NCBI GenBank assembly: GCA_002329485.1
Contig: DCTZ01000028.1
Coordinates: forward strand, 2,393 to 66,392
Direction of reading: 5' to 3'
Origin: Bacillales bacterium UBA1427
Lineage (GTDB): Bacteria > Bacillota_I > Bacilli_A > ML615J-28 > CAG-313
DNA length: 64,000 nt
Each line of letters begins with the position of its first letter. The stretch's first letter is position 1. The notes beneath the pieces are model-generated. The model ran no database searches, was not told the origin of the DNA, and saw only the letters and a list, made by a program, of their open reading frames with translations. Shown here piece by piece: positions 1 through 9,306 of this stretch. The position numbers were made by a program, and so were the translations under genes.

Positions 1-1308
1 GTACGGATAAGAATCATAGGTATTGTCGAGGTCATCGAGCAAATTATTCTTTTCGACGAAACTTTGCATTTGGGCGGTCAATTCAAGCAGCCACGGATAT
101 TGGCTTTCCAAATCCGCCCGTTCGTCGGCTATGTTCCATTCGAGAACCAAAGCATAAGATTCCAAAGTGGAATAATAAGCGTAATAACTCATATATCCCG
201 AAAGGTTTTCGTAGAAGTAATCGTAATACAATTTTTGTTCAAGTTCGGCGATTTCGCCTTTTAGAATATTTCTTTGCAAGTAAAGCGCATAGATTTCCGA
301 ATTTTCCAATTCGGCGACTATCCGATTGTATTCGGTTTGGATTTCGTCAATTTTATCTTCGTATTCCGCAATCCATTCTTCATAGTACGCGATTTCGTTT
401 TCCAAATCTTCAAAACCAGGTAAGGTATTTTCTTTTTCCAAGAAATAAATCAGAACGCCGCGCAGCAATTTGGCCAAATCGCGGTTGTCCAATGCGGTTT
501 CGACAAACGCACCCAACATAGTCATCGGATCCGGATTTTCCATAATCAAATCGAAGTAAGTTTGGAACAACTCCAAATAAACCGCATTGCCAAGTCCCGC
601 ATACTGATCAATCGGCAGGAAAACCCCTTCGACAATGTATTCGGCGTTTTCCGCGGCACTGTTTTCCGAATAATCGTAATTTTGCATCAAATGGAGTTTA
701 ATCCGGTTTTTGAAGGTCGCAGTGCTTAACGGCATTACGTACCGTACCGAATTTGACGGATCGGAAGGCAAATAACCCGAAGCAACAGCTTTAACGGTTA
801 TTTCCAAGACGCCTTCGACATTACCGAGTTCCGAAAGCGCAAAACTGGTTGAAGTCGTTGTTTTGACAACATCCCCCGCTACGATTTGATAGGAGGTAGC
901 GCCAGAAACCGCACTCCAAACCAAATTGTTTTCTTCAATCCGGACATTAGTTGGAGCGGAAAGTTTCTTCGGTCCGCTTTCGGTTATTTCGTACTTAATT
1001 GATTCCGAATACGGTGAATCTTTGAGCTTGTCGGAATCGCTTAAAGCTTTGACTTTTATGGTGTGGATACCTACCGGCAAATTCAATTTACTTAAATCGT
1101 AACTGGTGGTTGTCGTGTCGTATTCGGTGCCGTCGACGGATACTTTGTATCCCTTGGCATTTTCCACCGCATCCCACATCAACACGCTGTTTTCGTTAAT
1201 CTGAACGTTTGTCGGTGCTGGTAAAGATTTGGTGCATGATGTTAAGGCAAAGAGACCGACAACAAAAATCATGAACAGCCCCAATAATTTAAAATAATTC
1301 CTTTTCAT
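1..1308 (-). CDS. Surface lipoprotein with repeated Fn3/Ig-like modules. The 5' start lies in the window at 1308 (RBS AAGGAGG, signal peptide with lipobox LTSC); the 3' end runs off the window.
   Basis: Reverse complement of 1300-1320 gives aaggaggaaaacATGAAAAG. The translated N-terminus is MKRNYFKLLGLFMIFVVGLFALTSC, and repeated ~90-aa modules follow (..PTNVQINENSVLMWDAV.. / ..PTNVRIEENNLVWSAV..). Confidence 0.55.
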   Translation of the reverse strand, partial: MKRNYFKLLGLFMIFVVGLFALTSCTKSLPAPTNVQINENSVLMWDAVENAKGYKVSVDGTEYDTTTTSYDLSKLNLPVGIHTIKVKALSDSDKLKDSPYSESIKYEITESGPKKLSAPTNVRIEENNLVWSAVSGATSYQIVAGDVVKTTTSTSFALSELGNVEGVLEITVKAVASGYLPSDPSNSVRYVMPLSTATFKNRIKLHLMQNYDYSENSAAENAEYIVEGVFLPIDQYAGLGNAVYLELFQTYFDLIMENPDPMTMLGAFVETALDNRDLAKLLRGVLIYFLEKENTLPGFEDLENEIAYYEEWIAEYEDKIDEIQTEYNRIVAELENSEIYALYLQRNILKGEIAELEQKLYYDYFYENLSGYMSYYAYYSTLESYALVLEWNIADERADLESQYPWLLELTAQMQSFVEKNNLLDDLDNTYDSYPY

Positions 1309-1437
1309 GTTTTCCTCCTTTTTTATTTTTTTATCAATGATCCACTATCTATAAGTTTATTTAAACAGACAGAGTTTTATTTCCGTTAAATATATCGATA
1401 CAGCTTAATTAAATCACCCTTTAAACAAAGCGCTTTT

Positions 1438-3885
1438 TTAGACAGATCTTACCGATCGAATAGCGGTTTTCTTCATTAGGTGTTCCAAGCTGTCCAATGC
1501 AAAAATAATCAGACTTACTTCCAAATATACCAGCCACAAATAGGCATTAATCCCCTGCAGACCGAATTCGGTTTTGGCATAACGGGTCAAAGCGAGGATG
1601 CTGTCATCGACAACCCAAAGCGATATCCAGGACATTGCAAAGAGAAGCGAATTGACAAGCAGGGCTTTTTTTACGGTTTCTGGATACGTCGGAATATCGC
1701 CCAAAACATTCAACAGTCGGTAATACGGGATTTTGTCCATATAAATGAAACCGTAGATACTTATCAACATCAATAAAAGACATATGCTGACGATGGCAAT
1801 AAAAAGTTTTATGAATTTTTGGTTATCTAAAACCCCGGTTGTCAGGGAAGCAAAGAGCGCATCCTTCGAGGCAACGCTTACGCCTTCCGGGGAAAGTTTT
1901 GAAGCAAGCGACCTGACCAAATAATTGGGGTCGTAACCTTTGACAAAAAGCGAATTGAACTCATGGGTCGAAACAGTATTATCGTTGCCATAAAAATTGG
2001 TTATCGCATAGACATCCATTTCTTCCGGGATAAAACCCGCCACGATGTATTCGACGGCGCTTCCGTCCTGGTTGACATCGAGATTCACCGTATCGCCGCT
2101 TTTTAAGCCGTAAACAGTCTGGAATTTCTGACTGAGCATAATGGCAAGGCGCCTCTGATCTTTCATTAAAGCAAGCGTTTCTGGGGTTATTTCGCAATCC
2201 AGAAAGCGACTTAGGCTATCGGGATTGACCGAAACAACCAACGGAACAACAATCCGATATTCAGAAACCAATACTTTATAAAAGGTAAATCCCTTCTCGT
2301 ACCATTCGATTTCTGGGTAGCCTGTCATCAGGAAATCGTACTCGCCGTGGTTGATGGTGATGTTGTTTAGGACAATATTGCAATTAAACCGGTCGCCGAT
2401 TCTCTCGGCCCGAGATTTAAGCGCCCCGTTGGCAAAGAAAGCATAGGCAAGCGTAATAATCGCAAAAAGCGTCATAAACATGAACCAGTATTTCAGTTTG
2501 TGAAACGCCAAATCTCTTCCTTCGATAACCGTAAACCGCTTGTCTTTCGGCAGCAACCGGTAAACTGAAAGGCTGAGGATTTTTAAAAGCAAAGCGCTAA
2601 AAACTATGCCTATCATCATCCCGCTTAAGCCTTTCCACAAATGATTGGCTAAAGTAATCGGCATTTTCGGAAACAGAATGTATTTCAGGCCAAGCCACGC
2701 GGTTCCCGAAACAAAGGTTGCGCCAAACATAAACCAAAATTGTTTGTTTGACGGCTTCTTTTCGTATTTTAAGGCTAAATCAGTACGCGCCGTATGGTAA
2801 CTTGCTTTCAAAAGCTTAAGGAATGAAAACAAAAACAGCCCTAAAAGATAAAGAAGGAGTCCCAAAAAACTTAAGATCAAATGGCGGAAAGGGTCAGCCG
2901 ATAAGAACAGATATGATCCGCTCAAATAACCGACCATCAGTTTCGTAACCCAGATCCAAAGGGGAATCGCCAAACCGAAACCGATTAATAGGGCCAGTAA
3001 GTATTCCGAAAAAAAGTAGACAAAGCATTGGGAACGAGTAGCCCCGAGCAAATGCAAAATCAGCATATCCTGTTCGTTTTTCTTGAAATTGATTCGCGCA
3101 AGAAGCAAAATCACCAAAGTCAAAGGGATAATGGTCAAGGAAGCGATTAAGCGGATACTGACGGAAAACTGTTGGGCGCTTTGCGCAATCAAATCCAGAT
3201 TATCGGTCATTCTTACCGCCTGCCTTGGGAACAAGGTTTGAATATCTTTGCGAGTCCTTTCCTTATCGACACCGTTTTTCAATTTTATGTACACTTCGTT
3301 GTACATATTGTCGACGTTGATGCCCAAAAGCTGTTTGGCCAAACCGATATCCGCAACCATAATCGGCTGCTTGGCATCGAGATTGATTTGGCTCGGCTTG
3401 ACTGTCCCTTTGATTTCCAAATCAATCGTACCGGTTTTGACGGGGATTTGGATAAAACTATCTTCCGAAATCCAATCGCCAATCACATATACTTCCTGAT
3501 AACTGATGGGCGAATCCGGCAAGTAGGCAATTTTTCGGTATTCGTCGACTTCGGTAAAATGAATCAGGACGTTCCGTCCGTCTTTGGAAAGCGCCGGATA
3601 TTTCAAAATCGGCACCGCATACTCGAAACGGCTGTTTAGGGCATTGAGAGGCTGCAGCCAAAAGAACCGCTGTTCGTAATTGTTCCCCAGTTCGATGACA
3701 AGGTCGGTGTTGGCGTAGCGCTTTCGGTTTTTATAGAAAAGCGCTTCGTACATCGAATCGTTTGTCGAAAAAAGAACGAGGAAAAGCAAGCTCGCGCACA
3801 GCACAATAAAAATAAAGAGTCCTGTGGAAAGCGGCGAAACGACAAACTTTCGGAATGCTTGTTTTAGCCACGTCAACTTAACCAT
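1438..3885 (-). CDS. ABC transporter permease, FtsX/MacB family, with a large extracytoplasmic domain
   Basis: 815-aa ORF with 4+4 transmembrane FtsX architecture. Its start ATG at 3885 overlaps the upstream ATPase stop in an ATGGTTAA-type arrangement. Confidence 0.8.
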   Translation of the reverse strand: MVKLTWLKQAFRKFVVSPLSTGLFIFIVLCASLLFLVLFSTNDSMYEALFYKNRKRYANTDLVIELGNNYEQRFFWLQPLNALNSRFEYAVPILKYPALSKDGRNVLIHFTEVDEYRKIAYLPDSPISYQEVYVIGDWISEDSFIQIPVKTGTIDLEIKGTVKPSQINLDAKQPIMVADIGLAKQLLGINVDNMYNEVYIKLKNGVDKERTRKDIQTLFPRQAVRMTDNLDLIAQSAQQFSVSIRLIASLTIIPLTLVILLLARINFKKNEQDMLILHLLGATRSQCFVYFFSEYLLALLIGFGLAIPLWIWVTKLMVGYLSGSYLFLSADPFRHLILSFLGLLLYLLGLFLFSFLKLLKASYHTARTDLALKYEKKPSNKQFWFMFGATFVSGTAWLGLKYILFPKMPITLANHLWKGLSGMMIGIVFSALLLKILSLSVYRLLPKDKRFTVIEGRDLAFHKLKYWFMFMTLFAIITLAYAFFANGALKSRAERIGDRFNCNIVLNNITINHGEYDFLMTGYPEIEWYEKGFTFYKVLVSEYRIVVPLVVSVNPDSLSRFLDCEITPETLALMKDQRRLAIMLSQKFQTVYGLKSGDTVNLDVNQDGSAVEYIVAGFIPEEMDVYAITNFYGNDNTVSTHEFNSLFVKGYDPNYLVRSLASKLSPEGVSVASKDALFASLTTGVLDNQKFIKLFIAIVSICLLLMLISIYGFIYMDKIPYYRLLNVLGDIPTYPETVKKALLVNSLLFAMSWISLWVVDDSILALTRYAKTEFGLQGINAYLWLVYLEVSLIIFALDSLEHLMKKTAIRSVRSV

Positions 3886-4570
3886 GCAAGACCTCGTCTT
3901 TGATAATGCGAGCATTCGATAATTCGATTACCCTGGTTCCGTAAACCAAATGAGCCAGATTGTGGGTAACAAGAATTATGGTTGTGCCGTTTTCGACATT
4001 GATTCGTTTAAAGAGTTCCATGATTTCTTCGGCTTTTTGTTTGTCGAGATTTCCCGTCGGCTCATCCGCAAACACCACTTTCGGACCGTGAACGATGCTT
4101 CTCGCTATCGCCACCCGCTGTTTTTCGCCACCTGAAAGCTGATCGGGATAACTTTTGGCAAAGGGTTCCATTCCCACCAGTTTTAAGACATTAGATATAT
4201 GGTCCGGATTAACCTTTGCGCCTTTAATAATCAAAGGCAAAGCCACATTGTCGAACACCGTTAGGGTCGGAATCAGTTCATAGCTTTGAAAAACAAAGCC
4301 GGTTAAATCTTGGCGAAAAGCCCTTTCTTCCTGTTTGGTGAAGTCTTTTAGGTTTTTGTTTTCAAAGAACACATCACCCGTTGTCGGTTCTTCCAGTTTG
4401 CTCAGAAGATACAAAAGCGTAGTTTTCCCGGATCCGCTGGGACCGGTAATAATCACAAATTCTTTTTCGTCGATGGCAAAGGAAACATTTTGCAAAACAA
4501 CATTTTGCTTGGTTCCTTTTTTTGTTTCCTGATAAATCTTTACAAGGTTTTTGGCTTCAATGATTGGCAT
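3878..4570 (-). CDS. ABC transporter ATP-binding protein (MacB/LolD-like)
   Basis: Walker A motif GPSGSGKTTL, ABC signature LSGGEKQRVAIAR and a Walker B motif are present. The start is probably MPIIEAK at 4570, which has a GGGTGA RBS; an alternative start lies at 4588. Confidence 0.85.
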   Translation of the reverse strand: MPIIEAKNLVKIYQETKKGTKQNVVLQNVSFAIDEKEFVIITGPSGSGKTTLLYLLSKLEEPTTGDVFFENKNLKDFTKQEERAFRQDLTGFVFQSYELIPTLTVFDNVALPLIIKGAKVNPDHISNVLKLVGMEPFAKSYPDQLSGGEKQRVAIARSIVHGPKVVFADEPTGNLDKQKAEEIMELFKRINVENGTTIILVTHNLAHLVYGTRVIELSNARIIKDEVLHG

Positions 4571-4639
4571 TAGTATCACCCGCTTCACCGGTTTATTAAA
4601 AAACAGGAATCCTGGAACTACGTTTAGATTATTATATCA

Positions 4640-4672
4640 TTTTTCAAAAAAAAAGCCAAGACTTTTTTGGAA
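4640..4672 (-). promoter_or_regulatory. Candidate sigma-A promoter for the ABC operon (TTGGCT, 17-nt spacer, TATAAT)
   Basis: The minus strand reads cTTGGCTttttttttgaaaaatgaTATAATaatc, about 70 nt upstream of the ATPase start. Confidence 0.35.
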
Positions 4673-5169
4673 AATCGTCGTCTAAAATAAGTAGCATTGG
4701 TTTTTTACAGTAAACTCACCGTTGACCGTTCTTTAAACCGAAAATTTTTCCCCTTCCCCAAAAGAATTATTTCTCCCAAACAATCAAAAAACCACGCCGT
4801 AAAGCTGTGGTCGGTCTTCGTCTCCTTCAATTATTTTTTTCTCTTCTCCTTCAGTTGTCTTTTTTTATCACAGAACCCTTTTTTCGTTTTATTTAAATAA
4901 TCACGTTCTTTGGGATTATACTCTAATTCAGTCTCTGGTTTTTATTTGATTTTCCCGAAACATTCTGACGAAACAAAATCAGCCGTAGATTTCTCGCAAA
5001 GGGGAGCCTTGCGAATTGGTTTTTAAAAACACCATTCGTTACAAAAAAATGTTTTTTAGCACAAATTGGCCAAAATGAAAGAAAAAATAAAACTGTTACC
5101 CGAAAGGCAACAAATAATTGGTTGAATCGTTTTTTCAGTATTTTGTTTTTGATGATCAGAAAAAGAAAA

Positions 5170-5245
5170 ACCCACAGACTACCGAACGGAAAAAACCCTT
5201 AGGAGGGTGTTTGAAAATAAAAAAAGGGATTGCTCCCTTTTACGT
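5170..5245 (-). terminator. Tandem rho-independent terminators downstream of tRNA-Gly
   Basis: The minus strand reads GGGAgcaaTCCC followed by TTTTTTTATTTT, then CCCTcctaAGGG followed by TTTTTT. Confidence 0.5.
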
Positions 5246-5292
5246 TAATTGTAAATTTTATTTTATTTCATTTATTATGTTTTCAAAAAAAA

Positions 5293-5367
5293 TGGAGCAG
5301 GTAACGGGAATTGAACCCGTATCTTCGCCTTGGCAAGGCGACATAATAACCTTTATACGATACCTGC
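5293..5367 (-). tRNA. tRNA-Gly (anticodon GCC)
   Basis: Reverse complement is GCAGGTATCGTATAAAGGTTATTATGTCGCCTTGCCAAGGCGAAGATACGGGTTCAATTCCCGTTACCTGCTCCA. This gives a 7-bp acceptor stem, anticodon loop TTGCCAA, T-arm GGTTCAATTCC and an encoded CCA. An upstream TTGCAT-17-TATAAT promoter sits at 5381-5409. Confidence 0.9.
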
Positions 5368-5497
5368 TTAACGCTCTAATATTATAGCAAATCTTATTTC
5401 CAAATGCAAGCGAATTGTTAAAAAAATAACTGACAAAATGTTGCTCGGTTTCCCTTTTTTGGAAAAAAGAAGGTCAGTTTTCTGCTTTCCATCAGAC

Positions 5498-5530
5498 AAA
5501 AGCCCGAACTTTTTTCGGGCTTTTCTTTTC
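5498..5530 (-). terminator. Rho-independent terminator (bidirectional hairpin) after the PLP-lyase gene
   Basis: aaaAGCCCGAActtttTTCGGGCTtttc. The stem is flanked by an A-run on one side and a T-run on the other. Confidence 0.6.
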
Positions 5531-5553
5531 TTAACTGATTGTTTTTCCGGGAA

Positions 5554-6744
5554 TCAGATTTTTTCCAAAGCCTGGCTTAGATCGGCAATCAAATCACCTG
5601 CATCCTCAATTCCGACGCTTAGTCTGATTAGTCCGTCTTCGATACCGGAAGCAAGCCGTTCGGATTCGGTATAGGTCGAGTGTGTCATGGAAGCCGGGTG
5701 TTCGATCAACGATTCGCATTCTCCCAAACTGACAGCTACATTAATCAGTTTTACCGAATCGATTAGTTTTATTCCCTGGTCAATTCCGCCTTTCAGGACA
5801 AAAGACAAAATCCCGCCGAATCCGTTTTTCATTTGCTTTTTGGCGATTTCGTGGCCGGAAAAACCCGGCAATCCCGGATAATAGACCCGTTCGACTTTCG
5901 GATGGAATTGCAAAAACTTGGCTACCTCCATAGCGTTTTGACTGTGGCGTTCCATCCGGATAGCAAGCGTCTTGATTCCTCTTAAAATAAGATATGCTTC
6001 CATCGGACCGAGCACCGCGCCGGTCATATCTTTCAGGCCGACCATTTTGCATTGGTCGATAAAATTGTTGCGTCCGACCACAAACCCGCAAATCGCATCG
6101 CCGTGGCCGTTAAGGTATTTGGTTCCCGAATGAACAACGATGTCTACTCCCATGGTTATCGGTTGTTGGTGATACGGAGTGGCGAAAGTATTGTCGCAAA
6201 TGATTTGAATATCCGGGTTGAATTGTTTGACGGTTTTGACGACTGTTTCGATATCGATGATTTTTAAAGTCGGATTGGCCGGAGTTTCGAAAAAGACAGC
6301 TTTGGTGTTTTTTTTCAACGCCTTTTTCAAAGCGCCTTCTTCATTAAAATCGATAAACGTTACTTCGATTCCGAGTTTGGTCAAGCCGTGATTTAAAAGG
6401 GCGAAAGTGCAACCGTAGATGGTTTTATCGGCTACGATATGGTCGCCGTTTGCCAAAAGGGTATAAAACACCGCACTGATGGCACCCATTCCGGAAGCAA
6501 AAGCAACCGCCCCTTCTCCTTCTTCCAGGGAAGCAATCCGTTTTTCCAACTGATTGGTGGTAGGATTTCCCAAGCGCGTGTAGATAAAACAATTGGTTTC
6601 CCCGCGAAAACTGGCCCCGCCTTCTTCGGCGGAATTGAAACGGTACGAAGCCGAAGTGTAGATAGGCGGCACCAGCGCATTGAAAGCGTCCTTCCCTTTA
6701 CAGTCGTGCATTACTTTGGTATTAAATTTATAACAGTCTTTCAT
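5554..6744 (-). CDS. Methionine gamma-lyase / cystathionine gamma-synthase family PLP enzyme (Cys/Met metabolism)
   Basis: 396 aa with typical MGL/CGS motifs (YTRLGNPT, SGTKYLNGHGD with the PLP lysine). An extended -10 element (TGgTATAAT) sits immediately upstream. Confidence 0.8.
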   Translation of the reverse strand: MKDCYKFNTKVMHDCKGKDAFNALVPPIYTSASYRFNSAEEGGASFRGETNCFIYTRLGNPTTNQLEKRIASLEEGEGAVAFASGMGAISAVFYTLLANGDHIVADKTIYGCTFALLNHGLTKLGIEVTFIDFNEEGALKKALKKNTKAVFFETPANPTLKIIDIETVVKTVKQFNPDIQIICDNTFATPYHQQPITMGVDIVVHSGTKYLNGHGDAICGFVVGRNNFIDQCKMVGLKDMTGAVLGPMEAYLILRGIKTLAIRMERHSQNAMEVAKFLQFHPKVERVYYPGLPGFSGHEIAKKQMKNGFGGILSFVLKGGIDQGIKLIDSVKLINVAVSLGECESLIEHPASMTHSTYTESERLASGIEDGLIRLSVGIEDAGDLIADLSQALEKI

Positions 6745-6954
6745 TCTACCTTTTCCCTTCTTGTATTCTCACCAATATTATACCACACCGAAAAGAAAAG
6801 GTTTTCATTTTTTATAATTTAAAAAATAAGATCGTTTTTTTCTATAATGCAATCAAAAAAAGCAAACCAAGACTATGACGGATTATTAAAAAAAATTAAT
6901 GGCAAAAAAAAACCAAAAGTAACGATTGTTGTTCGTTACTTTTGGCTTTTATTC

Positions 6955-8325
6955 CTAGGGAATCACCGGTTCCGGGACAGGTATCGGTTCAAATAATCTG
7001 ACCGGGGCGAAATTGGTATCCCGATATACTTTGTAAGCGACCAGCGCTCCGAAGCCCTGCGGGGTCGAGAAGGCGGTGTCGATTTCGCCATCGATGGACC
7101 AACTGAATTCGCCGTTGTTTTCATATTGCAAAAGCGAACTGATCAGGGTTGAACCGCCAGATGTCCAATAATCACTAGCCGGGTTTAAACCGTTGGCAAT
7201 CAGAGCGATTATTGCGGATGCAGTGGATACACAGTTTGCTCCGTTATGGTCGATGCCGCTTGCTGAAAACTTGGTGTAGAGATGGTCGCTGTAGCGGTTG
7301 ACAAGAAGAGCATATTTGTCGTAGTCCCGATAATTGGCCAGGGCAATCAAAGCCGAAGCCGCAATATCCGGTGCCGGATTGTTAGTCGACGATGTAACGA
7401 CCACATTCAGCAAATCCATAACTTTGTCAGCACTGACATTGACCAGTCCCAAAGCAAGAAGGACATAGTTGTTCTGAATGGTCGTCAGTTTTCCGTAGAC
7501 ATTTTTCAGACGATTGATTGTATTGGTCGGGTCGATGCCGAAATTAATCATGTTGATGATGTCCTGCAGCAGCGTCTTGACATACCCGGAACTGTTTGGG
7601 TCGTAAACCTTGAGACGATAATAATCTTCGACTTTCAGGTGGGATATAAACGAGGCAAGACTTACGTCATAGCCGTTTCGTTCCAACAGTTTGATGGCAC
7701 TTACCACATATTGGTCAAGAACCGGCATCTTGGTAAAGTATTGGCTCGCATGGTTCCGGATAAATTTGTAAACTACCTGGTCGACGGTGGAATCCAACAT
7801 ACTGAGGTTGATTCTGAGAAGATTCCGAACAATAAGAGTATCTTTGGATTTGTAATCGGTGGTTTTCAAATTGGTCAAAAGTTCGTTGTTCAAATAGTAC
7901 TGCAACTGATAGTTCGGATCGATAAACGTATTAGCAATCGACTTTATTTCCTTGGTTTCTTCGTCTTCGTCAATCGGCAAATAAAGACGCAACAAATCTT
8001 CGATTTTATCGCCAATACGGAAATGGATATCTTTGTCAAACAAAATTTCATTGGTCAAATCGATGACTTTTACCCTGAGATAACCGTCATAAATTCCGGC
8101 CAAAATCGGTTTTAAAGTTTCCAGTTTTTCGGCTATCCGATAAACATTGTGGGGATTTTGGTCGAGTTCGGCTTTTAAAGCTTCCAATTCTTCGGCATAC
8201 TCCGGGTATTCTGCTAATAAGGCATCAATTTCCGAACGGAGATTGCGACGGTTATTAGGTCCGCAGGCGCTTAAACTTAGAAGCATAAAAGCAATTAAGA
8301 GAAAGATTGAGATTTTCTTCACCAT
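6955..8325 (-). CDS. Lipoprotein of unknown function (lipobox LSAC), possibly an alpha/alpha-toroid (prenyltransferase-like) fold
   Basis: 456-aa ORF with signal peptide MVKKISIFLLIAFMLLSLSAC. A C-terminal QYENNGEFSW motif resembles a QW repeat. There are no catalytic motifs I can name. Confidence 0.45.
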   Translation of the reverse strand: MVKKISIFLLIAFMLLSLSACGPNNRRNLRSEIDALLAEYPEYAEELEALKAELDQNPHNVYRIAEKLETLKPILAGIYDGYLRVKVIDLTNEILFDKDIHFRIGDKIEDLLRLYLPIDEDEETKEIKSIANTFIDPNYQLQYYLNNELLTNLKTTDYKSKDTLIVRNLLRINLSMLDSTVDQVVYKFIRNHASQYFTKMPVLDQYVVSAIKLLERNGYDVSLASFISHLKVEDYYRLKVYDPNSSGYVKTLLQDIINMINFGIDPTNTINRLKNVYGKLTTIQNNYVLLALGLVNVSADKVMDLLNVVVTSSTNNPAPDIAASALIALANYRDYDKYALLVNRYSDHLYTKFSASGIDHNGANCVSTASAIIALIANGLNPASDYWTSGGSTLISSLLQYENNGEFSWSIDGEIDTAFSTPQGFGALVAYKVYRDTNFAPVRLFEPIPVPEPVIP

Positions 8326-8424
8326 ACTAGTCCTTCTTTCCGCTTTTTCTTCGGTTTTGGTACTGCTTTCATTATACTAAATGTCCATTCCTTTTGCAAC
8401 GATAATATTAAGGTTATTTTCCGG

Positions 8425-8458
8425 GAATTAAAACCACCCCTTTTTTAGGAGTGGTTGC
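8425..8458 (-). terminator. rpsD terminator
   Basis: The minus strand reads AACCACTCCtaaaaaaGGGGTGGTTtt, immediately after the rpsD stop. Confidence 0.45.
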
Positions 8459-8477
8459 TGCTACTTGTGTTTGTTGA

Positions 8478-9077
8478 TTAACGGTTGTAGAATTCAACAA
8501 TCAGATTTTCTCTGATGTCGGTCAGGATTTCGCTGCGTTCTGGGTAACGGACAAAAGTACCTACGCCGGTGTTTTCGTCGTATTCCACGAACGGAACCCG
8601 GGCAACGGTTTGTTCAAGCGCTTCTTTAACAACGCTTAAACCGCGTGATTTTTCTTTCAGGCTGATTTTTTGACCCGGTTTAACCAAAATCGACGGAATA
8701 TCGGCTTTTTTGCCGTCTAACAGAATATGACCGTGGGTAACAAGTTGGCGGGCTTGACGACGGGTAGTTGCAAAGCCTAAACGATAGACAAGATTGTCAA
8801 TTCTCGATTCCAACAGGAACAAGAAGTTGTCGCCTTGTTTGCCAGGAAGTTTTCCGGCTTTTTCAAAAAGGTTCCGGAATTGTCTTTCGTTAATGCCATA
8901 TGTGAAACGGACTTTTTGTTTTTCCTGTAATTGAAGACCATATTCGGAAAGTTTGCTGCGACGTTGTCCGTGTTGCCCTGGAGCAAATGGACGGCGTTGC
9001 AATTCTTTACCGGTTTCAAGAACAGAGAACTTTAGTCTTCTCGCTTGTTTCCATACTGGTCCGGTATAACGTGCCAT
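8478..9077 (-). CDS. rpsD: 30S ribosomal protein S4
   Basis: The product begins [15 protein letters not shown].. with the S4 N-terminus, and GAAGGAGG precedes the ATG at 9077. The longer ORF from 9095 is an upstream in-frame extension. Confidence 0.95.
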   Translation of the reverse strand: MARYTGPVWKQARRLKFSVLETGKELQRRPFAPGQHGQRRSKLSEYGLQLQEKQKVRFTYGINERQFRNLFEKAGKLPGKQGDNFLFLLESRIDNLVYRLGFATTRRQARQLVTHGHILLDGKKADIPSILVKPGQKISLKEKSRGLSVVKEALEQTVARVPFVEYDENTGVGTFVRYPERSEILTDIRENLIVEFYNR

Positions 9078-9275
9078 GTTTTTTTCCTCCTTCATTTATA
9101 AAATAAACGTGAGATAAAAAATCCGTAACTGATTATAGGCAGATTGTCCTAGTGCTTTCGCCTAAGCAGCGAGGTTACTCGCATCCATCTACGTGACAGT
9201 CTACTTCTACCATCATTACAAATGCTGCTTTTATCGCACGAAATATATTATACCTTTTTTTGCGTTTTTAGTCAA
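9078..9275 (-). promoter_or_regulatory. rpsD promoter (TTGACT-17-TATAAT at 9247-9275) and ~160-nt structured leader, the likely S4 autoregulatory site
   Basis: Promoter hexamers were read directly from the sequence. A long untranslated leader in front of rpsD is the known S4 translational/transcriptional autoregulation target in Firmicutes. Confidence 0.45.
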
Positions 9276-9306
9276 ACAATTCGATTTTATTTTGGCTTTT
9301 AGCGAT

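Noticed and set aside
5118-5387. 89-aa plus ORF
   Set aside because: It overlaps the tRNA-Gly gene and its terminators, so it is a non-coding artefact.
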